From NCBI GenBank assembly GCA_964475295.1, contig CAYYWC010000006.1, positions 1-32,000 on the forward strand: DNA of 32,000 nt, in the 5' to 3' direction. Under the pieces are notes generated by a model. That model worked only from the letters and a program-made list of their open reading frames with translations. It did no database searches and was not told the DNA's origin. The DNA is from an uncultured Candidatus Saccharibacteria bacterium (GTDB lineage: Bacteria > Patescibacteriota > Saccharimonadia > Saccharimonadales > Saccharimonadaceae). Positions 24,705-32,000 of the stretch are shown here, piece by piece. The translations under genes and the position numbers were made by a program. How positions within the stretch are numbered: the stretch's first letter is position 1; the number at the start of each line of letters is the position of its first letter.

Positions 24705-26393
24705 CTAAGCATCATATTTATAAATATAGTCAACCCAGGCATCAGCTATTGCATTCTGCCTAGCCTTATCGTTTGTTTCCAGCTTGTGCTCCTTTTGCTT
24801 ACTGTCCCTACGCTCATATAGTGAAATAACACTACTCACCAACTCACCTTGTACTAGATAGATATACTTATCAACTGCCGCAGAGTACAAGAAGTTAACG
24901 GCATTACCATCATTCAATAGATGGAAGTGGTGACCTCTCTTTGAGTAGCGTGTAATATCTTTGGTAATTTTATCTTTTGAGTACTCGCTATCAATAAACC
25001 GCAAATCAAATTCATCATCTGACGATGTGACGGACGCCAAGAACGCGCCTCGCTTCAGATCTCTTAGTCTCAGGATATCTATTGCTTGTGACCCTGTCGC
25101 ACAGAAAACGACGTCGCTATTGCGCAGTAGATGACCAATAGGTACTACTCTTGCTCCATCGCACGAAGCCTGGACAGCACGCATAGCGTCAATCTCACAG
25201 ACATACGGCTGGACGCCACGCTGCTGTAAGTACTGAAATATGCCTCTTCCTATTTTTCCGTAACCAATAATGCCGCAGCTTTTGTAGGTAATGAGTGTAT
25301 TTAAGTCACGCAGTACCGTCTCGGCAGCATGAGCCACTCCGTTGCCAACCAATTGATCTTCAAAGCTCTTCAGCGGACTGCGAGCAACGGATATAACACG
25401 GAGATTATCCGGCATATTTTTTTCGTATTTTTGATGGCCATTTTCTGTATCTTCGACGACACCAAGTAGCTTCTTGCCTAGTTTCTTCTTAATTGAGGTG
25501 ATGCTCTCGCTAAAGTAGCCACCGATATCTACCATGCAAACATTGTCATATTTATCGAGGTAATTCGATATTTCGTCGGGGTTGCTCGTGATGCTTTCTC
25601 GAGTGAACTGACTGAGGATTGGTATATCTTTATCTGTTAGAAGAGCTTTGGTTCTTTTATTGATTGAGTTGGGCTTTGGGATTATTCCAATAAGATTGAA
25701 GTTTTCTTGCAAGCTAAGAATATAGCTCTCTGAGCTTGGGATAATATGCGACACTGCTATAACCGATATTTCTTTCCCTTGGTTATCTGCAATTGATCTA
25801 AAAAAATCACGTGGATTTGGCTCCAGCAAGCCCTCAATTCTATCGACAATAACCGTGAAGTGTGGGTCGTCTGCAAAAACCTCCCAGTCGACCCACTGGA
25901 AGCCATTTGATTCGTTAAGATCAACATTTATGTCAGACTTTTCAGTAATGTACAGATAACGAAAGTCGTGATGGTAATGTCCAGGCTCATTTTTGCGTGG
26001 ATTTTCTGGTATATAGTGGCTGTCGATATGGAACGGCACAATCGGATGATTACGCAAGACAGGCTGAAGGACTAACTCATCGGGTTTCAGTCCAGTTTCT
26101 TCCTCTACTTCTCTCAGTGTAGCCTCTAATGGCGAACCGTCTTCCTTGTCAATGTGCCCTCCGGGTTGTAGTAGCTTGCCGAGCGACTTATGCTGCAAGA
26201 GAAGTACCTGTCGTGTAAACTTGTTGATTACGAAAGCACTTGCAGTAATATGCCCGACAAAGTTCTTGCGTGATGTTATATCCTGATCATTCTGCTCGAG
26301 CTGTTCCGCAAGTAGCTTAAGGTTATTGACATCTTCAGTGTGGTTATCTATGTATTTCTCGTATAGTTCTTTAATCTGCATTAACTTTCCCAT
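24705..26393 (-). CDS. fusion of an N-terminal NUDIX hydrolase with a complete S-adenosylhomocysteine-hydrolase-like (NAD-binding) module
   Basis: 562 aa. Nudix box GGHIDKEDGSPLEATLREVEEETGL. The C-terminal 350 aa or so are collinear with the SAHH fold: GVVEDTENGHQKY (compare GvsEETTTGvhRL), VISVARSPLKSFEDQLVGNGVAHAAETVLR (compare inVNDSvTKskFDNlYGcreSl.dgi.R), and CGIIGYGKIGRGIFQYLQQRGVQPYVCEIDAMRAVQASCDGARVV...SDVVFCATGSQ (compare vvGYGdVGKGcA..lr..GA.V.vtEiDPi.AlQAamdG..V...DIfvTaTGn). Confidence 0.8.
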   Translation of the reverse strand: MGKLMQIKELYEKYIDNHTEDVNNLKLLAEQLEQNDQDITSRKNFVGHITASAFVINKFTRQVLLLQHKSLGKLLQPGGHIDKEDGSPLEATLREVEEETGLKPDELVLQPVLRNHPIVPFHIDSHYIPENPRKNEPGHYHHDFRYLYITEKSDINVDLNESNGFQWVDWEVFADDPHFTVIVDRIEGLLEPNPRDFFRSIADNQGKEISVIAVSHIIPSSESYILSLQENFNLIGIIPKPNSINKRTKALLTDKDIPILSQFTRESITSNPDEISNYLDKYDNVCMVDIGGYFSESITSIKKKLGKKLLGVVEDTENGHQKYEKNMPDNLRVISVARSPLKSFEDQLVGNGVAHAAETVLRDLNTLITYKSCGIIGYGKIGRGIFQYLQQRGVQPYVCEIDAMRAVQASCDGARVVPIGHLLRNSDVVFCATGSQAIDILRLRDLKRGAFLASVTSSDDEFDLRFIDSEYSKDKITKDITRYSKRGHHFHLLNDGNAVNFLYSAAVDKYIYLVQGELVSSVISLYERRDSKQKEHKLETNDKARQNAIADAWVDYIYKYDA

Positions 26394-26427
26394 ATCGCTA
26401 TTATAGACTAGATTATCTCTTAAAACT

Positions 26428-26442
26428 ATGCTATTATAGCAT
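26428..26442. promoter_or_regulatory. 15-bp palindrome ATGCTATTATAGCAT in the divergent promoter region, with a second GCTATTATAG copy at 26397-26406
   Basis: 7-bp arms ATGCTAT/ATAGCAT around a central T. The 10-mer GCTATTATAG is repeated 33 nt away. The reverse complement of the first copy gives TATAAT (26405-26400), 6 nt from ATG 26393, which implies a leaderless NUDIX-SAHH mRNA. The second copy reads TGCTATTAT, an extended -10-like sequence for the + strand kinase gene. Confidence 0.4.
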
Positions 26443-26460
26443 CAAATCGTGTAATTTTCA

Positions 26461-27069
26461 ATGGAGCGAAATGTGAAGTTACCAGAAATTATCGGAATAA
26501 GCGGAACGAACGGAGCAGGCAAAGATACGCTTGCTGCCCTGCGCTACGAAAGAGAAGGTGCTGAGCATGTCAGCCTTAGTGATATATTGCGCAGAGAATT
26601 AACTATGCTCGGCGTCCCTCTTGAGAGAGAAAATCTCATGAATCTGAGTAGACAGTGGCGCGATGAAAGCGGAGATTACGGAATATTGGCCACACGCACA
26701 ATTCAACGATACCTCGGAGACAAAGCCGTTACATCAACCCTAAACGGACTATCAATTGTCAGTGTACGACACCCCGATGAAGCAAGACGTATCAAAGAGG
26801 CTAACGGTAAGATTTTTTGGGTTGATGCTGACCCGAAATTAAGATACGAGCGCATCCAGTCAGGCGGTAGAAATCGAATCGATGATCGAAAAAGCTTCGA
26901 AGAGTTTATTGATGAAGAGCAACGCGAAATAAGTCCAATCGATTCTGATCCAGCAAGCGTTAACTTGGGTGAAGTGTCACGCATTGCTGATGTAAAGATT
27001 GAAAACAATTTTGATGACGAATCAGCATATATCGACTTCTTGCTTGATCGATATTTCTCCGAGTGCTAG
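26461..27069 (+). CDS. P-loop nucleoside/nucleotide kinase (CoaE- or dNMP-kinase-like)
   Basis: 202 aa. Walker A IGISGTNGAGKDTLA (GKDT as in dNMP-kinase/CoaE-like small kinases). Size and helix pattern fit the NMP-kinase fold. Confidence 0.65.
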   Translation: MERNVKLPEIIGISGTNGAGKDTLAALRYEREGAEHVSLSDILRRELTMLGVPLERENLMNLSRQWRDESGDYGILATRTIQRYLGDKAVTSTLNGLSIVSVRHPDEARRIKEANGKIFWVDADPKLRYERIQSGGRNRIDDRKSFEEFIDEEQREISPIDSDPASVNLGEVSRIADVKIENNFDDESAYIDFLLDRYFSEC

Positions 27070-27080
27070 CGGGCTTCCTT

Positions 27081-28295
27081 CTATATAGATTTACAGACTT
27101 CTATAACACGGCTAGCGACTTTCTTGATATCATTATCGCTCGAATGAATATTGATACCAAAGGCAGATCCGAGTCCACCGTCGACAACTCCAACACTAAC
27201 GTTGACACAGCGACTTAGGATATCGTCAGTTTTTGGCAGATCACCTGCGTGAGTGAACTTACCCTGGGCAGACCAATTCTTGGTCGGTGTCTTATGTTCG
27301 ATGATCTGCTCCATATTACTGTAAACGTGCCAACCAGATTCTGATAAGGGCATATTTCCTAACTGCTCACTAACTTTCTTTGCCATTTCTTTGGTGTCAA
27401 AAATTACTGTCAGCATTGTTGCACACTCGCCATCGACATCATTGATTTTCCTAAAGGACAGTCCGGAGATGTTCGCTTCTTCTATGTAACCCTTCAGTTG
27501 CCGCTTCTTCTCGCGTAAGACTTGCAGCATTCCTTCCAGTTTTCTTGCCTGAGCCAGTGCAACCGCACCAGATAGCTCGTTCATCTGAAAGTTAAGTCCT
27601 ACGAGACTCCTGTTTCCCACCTCTTTACCACTCCTGTTGGGCATGTGACCTTGGTCGCTAATGGCAAAAGCTCTTTGGTGCAAGGCGTCATCATCGGTGA
27701 CGATAATACCGCCACTACCCGCAGCAATGTTCTTGTGTTGATTTAGCGAGAATGCTCCGATATCTCCAAATGTACCGAGCTTCTTTCCCTTAAAAGACCC
27801 TCCTGCCGCCTGGCACCCATCTTCAATCACAAAGAGGCTGTGCCTCTTGGCTATATCCATTATGGCATCCATATCGCAAGGATTGCCGAGCATATGAACC
27901 GGCATAATAGCCTTCGTTTTCTCTGTAATTTTACTTTCCAAGTCCGTAGGGTCGATAGTAAGAGATTCATCCACCTCGACCAATACAGGTGTGGCACGAG
28001 AATAGATGATTGAGCCGATTGACGCCACAAAGGTGTAGCCGGGAACCAATACCTCGTCGCCTTCCTGCAGGCCAAGAGCGAGTAGTGATATGAATAATGA
28101 GCCCGTACCAGAACTGTTCGCAATGGCGTGGCGAGATCCTAGGTAGTTGGCAAATTCTTGCTCGAGTGAGTAGACCTTATGCTTGAACTTAGGGTCGTCG
28201 AGACTACCGTACCGAGATAAATAACCGCTCTCAAGTACATCCAGTACCTCTTTTCGCTCCTCGTCGCCAAAACTATATGCACCCGGACCAGCCAT
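27081..28295 (-). CDS. DegT/DnrJ/EryC1/StsC-family PLP-dependent aminotransferase
   Basis: 404 aa. NSSGTGSLFISLLALGLQEGDEVLVPGYTFVAS, FVIEDGCQAAGG, and the PLP-lysine region AFSLNQHKNIAAGSGGIIVTDD. The N-terminal ...YLSRYGSLDDPKFKHKVYSLEQEF insertion resembles the glutamine:scyllo-inosose (StsC-like) subgroup. Confidence 0.85.
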   Translation of the reverse strand: MAGPGAYSFGDEERKEVLDVLESGYLSRYGSLDDPKFKHKVYSLEQEFANYLGSRHAIANSSGTGSLFISLLALGLQEGDEVLVPGYTFVASIGSIIYSRATPVLVEVDESLTIDPTDLESKITEKTKAIMPVHMLGNPCDMDAIMDIAKRHSLFVIEDGCQAAGGSFKGKKLGTFGDIGAFSLNQHKNIAAGSGGIIVTDDDALHQRAFAISDQGHMPNRSGKEVGNRSLVGLNFQMNELSGAVALAQARKLEGMLQVLREKKRQLKGYIEEANISGLSFRKINDVDGECATMLTVIFDTKEMAKKVSEQLGNMPLSESGWHVYSNMEQIIEHKTPTKNWSAQGKFTHAGDLPKTDDILSRCVNVSVGVVDGGLGSAFGINIHSSDNDIKKVASRVIEVCKSI

Positions 28296-28339
28296 AGCTC
28301 TCCTCTCTCTTTAAGGGTATTGTATATACTACAATATTA

Positions 28340-28348
28340 TGCTATAAT
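28340..28348 (+). promoter_or_regulatory. extended -10 promoter TGCTATAAT for the + strand operon, with an adjacent palindrome ATTGTAtatacTACAAT (28319-28335)
   Basis: TGnTATAAT at 28340-28348. The RBS ACGGAGG at 28395-28401 precedes ATG 28411. The 6-bp-arm palindrome immediately upstream could be an operator. Confidence 0.4.
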
Positions 28349-28410
28349 TGCGTAAATATCAAGGTGTCGTAAAAATATCGTAATATTGAGTGATACGGAG
28401 GTTGGGCAAG

Positions 28411-29418
28411 ATGGGTAAAATTCGTATAGGGTTGATTGGATATGGCCGTTTAGGTTCAATTCATGCTGAAAATATCAACAAATCAGAATATGCCGAGCTT
28501 TATGCGGTATGCGACACCAACTCTGATGTGCTATTTGAAGCGAAGAAACTCTATGAAAATATCCTGACTTTCGACAGCCTGGATGATTTTCTAAAGGCGC
28601 CTTTTGATGGGGTTGTTATCGCCTCAAACACACATTTGCATGTCGAGCACATAAAACTAGCAGCTCAAGCCGGCAAGCATATATTTACCGAGAAGCCGAT
28701 TGGACTAACATTGCCAGAGACTGATGAAGCCCTACAGGACGTAGTGAACGCTGGCGTCAAATTCCAAATTGGCTTTCAGCGGCGCTGGGATCCTCGATAC
28801 TTAGAAGTAAAAAGAATAATTGACAGTGGCAAGATTGGTACACCTGTGCTATTCAAGGCGTACGGGCGTGACCCGAACGCCTCGAATCCTGACAACTGGG
28901 GCCTGGACAAGAACGGTGGACTGTTCTTGAACGCCGCCATCCATGACTATGATGCAGCTCGATTCTTGCTTAAGCAGGAGGCGCTTGAAATTTCTGCAAA
29001 CGGCGCAGCACTTGTGTATACCGACCTCAGAAAATACCAAGATATTGATACTTGTGCGACCACAATATTGATGAGCAATGACACTATGGCAATTACCGAA
29101 TGGAGTCGTTATGCTTCCTACGGATACGATATCTCTGCCGAAGTAATAGGCACAGATGGCGTCATTCGGATAGGCAATGAGCAAGATAGCGGCGTGACAT
29201 TGCGACTGCGAAACGAGCGGTCTCCTAAAGTAATCGATGTTTTCCGAGATTCGTACGCGGCCGAGATAGACGCTTTTGCGCTCGCAATCAAAAACGACAC
29301 TGCGCCAACACCGGGCATTGAAGATGCACGAATCGCGCTTCATCTTGCATTGCTAGCTAGACAGTCGTTTGAAGAAAGTAAGGTTATAAAGGTGACCAAT
29401 CCTGCAAAACTGGACTAG
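28411..29418 (+). CDS. Gfo/Idh/MocA-family NAD(P)-dependent oxidoreductase (IolG-like)
   Basis: Trimmed to ATG 28411 (MGKIRIGLIGYGRLGSIHAENI, the Rossmann GxGxxG). EKP motif FTEKPIGLT, GFQRRWDPRY and AIHDYD, as in inositol/sugar dehydrogenases of this family. Confidence 0.85.
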   Translation: MGKIRIGLIGYGRLGSIHAENINKSEYAELYAVCDTNSDVLFEAKKLYENILTFDSLDDFLKAPFDGVVIASNTHLHVEHIKLAAQAGKHIFTEKPIGLTLPETDEALQDVVNAGVKFQIGFQRRWDPRYLEVKRIIDSGKIGTPVLFKAYGRDPNASNPDNWGLDKNGGLFLNAAIHDYDAARFLLKQEALEISANGAALVYTDLRKYQDIDTCATTILMSNDTMAITEWSRYASYGYDISAEVIGTDGVIRIGNEQDSGVTLRLRNERSPKVIDVFRDSYAAEIDAFALAIKNDTAPTPGIEDARIALHLALLARQSFEESKVIKVTNPAKLD

Positions 29419-29421
29419 ATT

Positions 29422-30036
29422 ATGAGTACCGAGCTATACCTCATACGACATGGAGAAGCGGCCAATAACGTGCGGCAGAATTATATCGCAGGACGTAGCA
29501 ATCATTTTCCGCTAACAGAAAATGGCGTAGAGCAATCACGCAAATTGGGCGCTGCCTTACTGGGCATAGGCTTATTGCCAGATGTCGTATACTCCTCTCC
29601 GGCAGTCCGAGCACTCCAAACTGCACGTCACACACTTAATGCAATGTCGTACAAAACCTTGATACACGAGGATGACCGCCTGCAAGAACAAGATGTTGGC
29701 GAATGGGTTGGACGTGTGGCGACGGAAGTATTTACGGATGAGCAAGTTGCCGAGATTGATAGGCTTGGAAAAGAGTTCCGGTCTCCTGGTGGAGAATCAT
29801 TCAATGATGTGGGTGACAGGACGTACGAATGGGCTGATTCAATAGTTGACGACGGACGTATATTTGCCTTCACTCACGGTGGTACTATCCGCTGCCTCGC
29901 ATCGAGGCTAGAGTCTTGGTCGCACCCTCAAACGTATCAGACACGCCCTGGCAATACGTCGGTAAGTCTGTTGACGCGCACTAGCGGTGATTGGCAATTA
30001 GAGTATATAGGAAAAGATGTAGAGGAGATAAAATAG
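29422..30036 (+). CDS. histidine phosphatase superfamily (phosphoglycerate-mutase/CobC-like) phosphatase
   Basis: 204 aa. The N-terminal LYLIRHGEAANN (RHG catalytic motif), PLTENGVEQS and VYSSPAVRALQTA, plus a C-terminal FTHGGTIR (second catalytic His). Confidence 0.8.
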   Translation: MSTELYLIRHGEAANNVRQNYIAGRSNHFPLTENGVEQSRKLGAALLGIGLLPDVVYSSPAVRALQTARHTLNAMSYKTLIHEDDRLQEQDVGEWVGRVATEVFTDEQVAEIDRLGKEFRSPGGESFNDVGDRTYEWADSIVDDGRIFAFTHGGTIRCLASRLESWSHPQTYQTRPGNTSVSLLTRTSGDWQLEYIGKDVEEIK

Positions 30037-30753
30037 ATGACTGGGCAGGAAGTTCCGCAGGAGATTACAGCTCGCCTCACGGCAGACGCTCTCATTAAAT
30101 CGAGCCTTAAATCGGTTATTTGGTTCGGCTCTGTAAGGAACAGTCAGGATGTGCATGACCGCTCGGACTGTGACCTGCAAATCGTATTAGATAAGCCTTC
30201 ACACGAACTTATCGTTGCCGTCAACGCCACACTGGAGGACTATCCGAGCGTTGACCTGAGTATTATGTATATGCAAGACATATACAATCATGCAGGCGAT
30301 GTCATATTTCATGATGGCACAAAAAGCCTCTTCTTCATGTATGTGCTTGCTGTCGGAGAGATACTGTATGGCGATAATGTCTACGCAGGTATAGTAAAAA
30401 ATCTAAGCCTCGATGACATACGGCCATCTCTGTTGGTAACGATACGTGAGTATCTATCGCGACTACGAGTCATGGCCATTCAGCAGACAAATGACACGCT
30501 TGGATTCAAGAAGTACAGTCTCAAGCTATTCAAAGATACCCTGGTATACATTGGCGAGGAAAAGCCCGAAGCCATTTCTGCTATTACGAATGATACTGCC
30601 AAGGAGGCGATACAGCACATCTATCCTTTCAGCAACGGATCAACAAAGGCACTAGACGACATTACAAATTATGACAGAAACTACACGCGCGAAGAAATGG
30701 CTTATCTTCTGACGGATTACGAGAACATTATAGAAAGACTTTGCAATGAATAA
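30037..30753 (+). CDS. minimal Pol-beta-superfamily nucleotidyltransferase with a helical C-terminal domain (ANT/KNTase-like architecture)
   Basis: 238 aa. VIWFGSVRNSQDVHDRSDCDLQIVLD is the GS-x(9-13)-D-x-D NTase motif, followed by about 130 aa of predicted helices. The ATG directly abuts the upstream stop. Confidence 0.7.
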   Translation: MTGQEVPQEITARLTADALIKSSLKSVIWFGSVRNSQDVHDRSDCDLQIVLDKPSHELIVAVNATLEDYPSVDLSIMYMQDIYNHAGDVIFHDGTKSLFFMYVLAVGEILYGDNVYAGIVKNLSLDDIRPSLLVTIREYLSRLRVMAIQQTNDTLGFKKYSLKLFKDTLVYIGEEKPEAISAITNDTAKEAIQHIYPFSNGSTKALDDITNYDRNYTREEMAYLLTDYENIIERLCNE

Positions 30754-32000
30754 TATCGAGAAAATACCAGCACTCTCTCCGAGCGTCGAACTCGAGGATA
30801 AGTCTCCGGGCGATTTTGGAGAGATTAGACAAGACGTTGCCGAGCGCCTATTCAAGGATCCGTCCTATACGGCGTTTGACGCAATGGCCGAAATGTCTGC
30901 GGCTGCCGAAGAATATATCAATAAACTTTCAAATCAATATCCCGGTCTCAAGCTATGGGTCGGCGGCTCTCTTGGTCGTCGCGAGATGCTCCCAAATTCA
31001 GATATTGACCTCTTTGTCATATATGATGACGAGGACTACGAAGAGAGTGATATCAGAGTTGATGGAGTTGATAAATTCGAGGTCGGACATATTAGTAAAA
31101 GCCGGCTGCACGACTTGTTGAATTATTCACTAGTTGATGCCAACCGTTTTATTGACGGGAGAATGGTCGGTCATGTACCTGCTCACGATATAGAAAGCAT
31201 GATCCTCGAAGCAAACACCCTCGACCACCAGCTCGCTAACAATATTAGTGAATATTTCTTCTATCGTTATTTTGACTTCCCAAATAAAACCACGCCTATG
31301 GGGCCAAATCTAAAATACAGTACTGGATCAAGTAGAGATACCATTTTCTTCAATATGATTTCTCGGATGAGTACGGGTAATTTCCCTGCTATACGAGGTG
31401 ATAATCCTGAGCTGCCAGAAGTTATGGCTGATGCCGAAGAGCGGTATGGTCTGCGTGCGCCATTTAAGGCGACGGATCTGCTTTTTACGGTAAAAAATGC
31501 AGCTATATCTGTCTACGATAAAAGTGGCGATATGCGTAACCGATATGTGTCTCCGACGAGCTTAGAGGCTATCTACGAATTCGCTAAAGATAAGTTTCAA
31601 GCATGGGGTATCGAGGATAGCGGACAATTTATCGAAACTTACTCGGCAGCGAGACAGGAGCTAGAATATACAGTTGATACGATGTTGACGCGAGTTCTTT
31701 CTGAGTATCCTGCGGTAGAATCTTTTGAGCAAGTCCTGAAAGCAACGCCGAAACGCTTACCGGGGCTTTGTGTTGAGCTTATCAATAGCGATTCTGATTA
31801 TCCGCACTCTGTCGCTGCCTTCAGCACATGGTACGCCTCTACCGGACGAGTAGACGGAGCTAGTATGGAAAGAATTGCCGATGAGCTGATGAAGCAACCG
31901 CTAGATCGATCATGGGGTGCACTCATGGCAGTCGCGTGCTGCCCCTACACTCCAGACTCTACGCTCTCAGAGCTGGCTGATTGGTTGTACGAGAACGAAA
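30746..32000 (+). CDS. GlnD/GlnE-like nucleotidyltransferase (partial; continues past the window end)
   Basis: Absent from the track because it has no stop in the window. ATG 30746 overlaps the upstream stop (ATGAATAA). My translation is open to 32000: ...LWVGGSLGRREMLPNSDIDLFVIYDDE (NTase motif as in PII uridylyltransferase), ...LVDANRFIDGRMVG and GPNLKYSTGSSRDTIFFNMI (compare GlnD P.iKeg.GGlRDi). Confidence 0.75.
   Translation, partial: MNNIEKIPALSPSVELEDKSPGDFGEIRQDVAERLFKDPSYTAFDAMAEMSAAAEEYINKLSNQYPGLKLWVGGSLGRREMLPNSDIDLFVIYDDEDYEESDIRVDGVDKFEVGHISKSRLHDLLNYSLVDANRFIDGRMVGHVPAHDIESMILEANTLDHQLANNISEYFFYRYFDFPNKTTPMGPNLKYSTGSSRDTIFFNMISRMSTGNFPAIRGDNPELPEVMADAEERYGLRAPFKATDLLFTVKNAAISVYDKSGDMRNRYVSPTSLEAIYEFAKDKFQAWGIEDSGQFIETYSAARQELEYTVDTMLTRVLSEYPAVESFEQVLKATPKRLPGLCVELINSDSDYPHSVAAFSTWYASTGRVDGASMERIADELMKQPLDRSWGALMAVACCPYTPDSTLSELADWLYENE

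Noticed and set aside
30816-31121. Track ORF of 101 aa (+ strand) as a separate gene after the 238-aa NTase
   Set aside because: It is in a different frame from, and fully inside, the long open frame starting at ATG 30746, which encodes clear GlnD-like NTase motifs.
1-32000. CRISPR arrays, rRNA genes, intact IS elements or transposases
   Set aside because: I saw no regularly spaced direct repeats, no rRNA-like conserved blocks, and no transposase or integrase ORF with a catalytic domain. The only recombinase-like sequence lacks its catalytic domain.
1-32000. An alternative genetic code (for example UGA recoding, as in some CPR lineages)
   Set aside because: TGA cleanly terminates well-formed genes: plsY at 13077-13079 and the PLD nuclease at 23802-23804. 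Gene lengths are normal under the standard code. The single in-frame TAA in the NUDIX gene is isolated.

Overview
Compact bacterial chromosomal window. It uses the standard genetic code: TGA, TAA and TAG each terminate well-formed genes. Gene content and style resemble a reduced-genome Patescibacteria/CPR organism, possibly Saccharibacteria, but this is inference only. Positions 1-13.9 kb hold envelope and housekeeping genes: a very large secreted protein that runs off the left edge and is absent from the ORF track, a GT2 glycosyltransferase, an orphan sensor histidine kinase, a YgjP-type metallohydrolase, a P-loop kinase, a eukaryote-type GH13 branching enzyme, a UbiA prenyltransferase with several membrane proteins, and plsY-cdsA. 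This block ends at tRNA-Ala(GGC), 13826-13902. Positions 14-32 kb look accessory and are unusually dense in nucleotide-centric enzymes: RdgB, HIT, an NDT-like-RHH fusion, three NUDIX domains, two ASCH domains, GNATs, two HAD-like modules, a kinase, an SAHH-like domain and two nucleotidyltransferases. Three things stand out in this half. (1) There are two GC-rich islands, about 57-65% GC on sampled 60-nt lines against about 37-47% nearby. One carries a GNAT-GNAT-ASCH fusion. The other carries a secreted FISUMP/C-lectin-like protein followed by a DGR-type reverse transcriptase whose catalytic YxDD half is replaced in-frame by a HAD-like domain. (2) There is a stretch of decayed defence and mobile genes: a 68-aa DUF262 stump, a McrB-N-like ORF, a serine-recombinase C-terminal fragment coupled to a PLD nuclease and a membrane protein, and a frameshifted HAD-like gene. 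(3) At 24.3-32 kb and beyond lies a divergently organised cluster. It contains a NUDIX-SAHH-like fusion, a P-loop kinase, a DegT/StsC-type aminotransferase, a Gfo/Idh/MocA oxidoreductase, a histidine phosphatase and two nucleotidyltransferases. I read it as a candidate amino-nucleoside (3'-amino-3'-deoxynucleotide) or aminocyclitol pathway, and it is my best candidate for an undescribed system. No CRISPR array, rRNA or intact transposon was seen.
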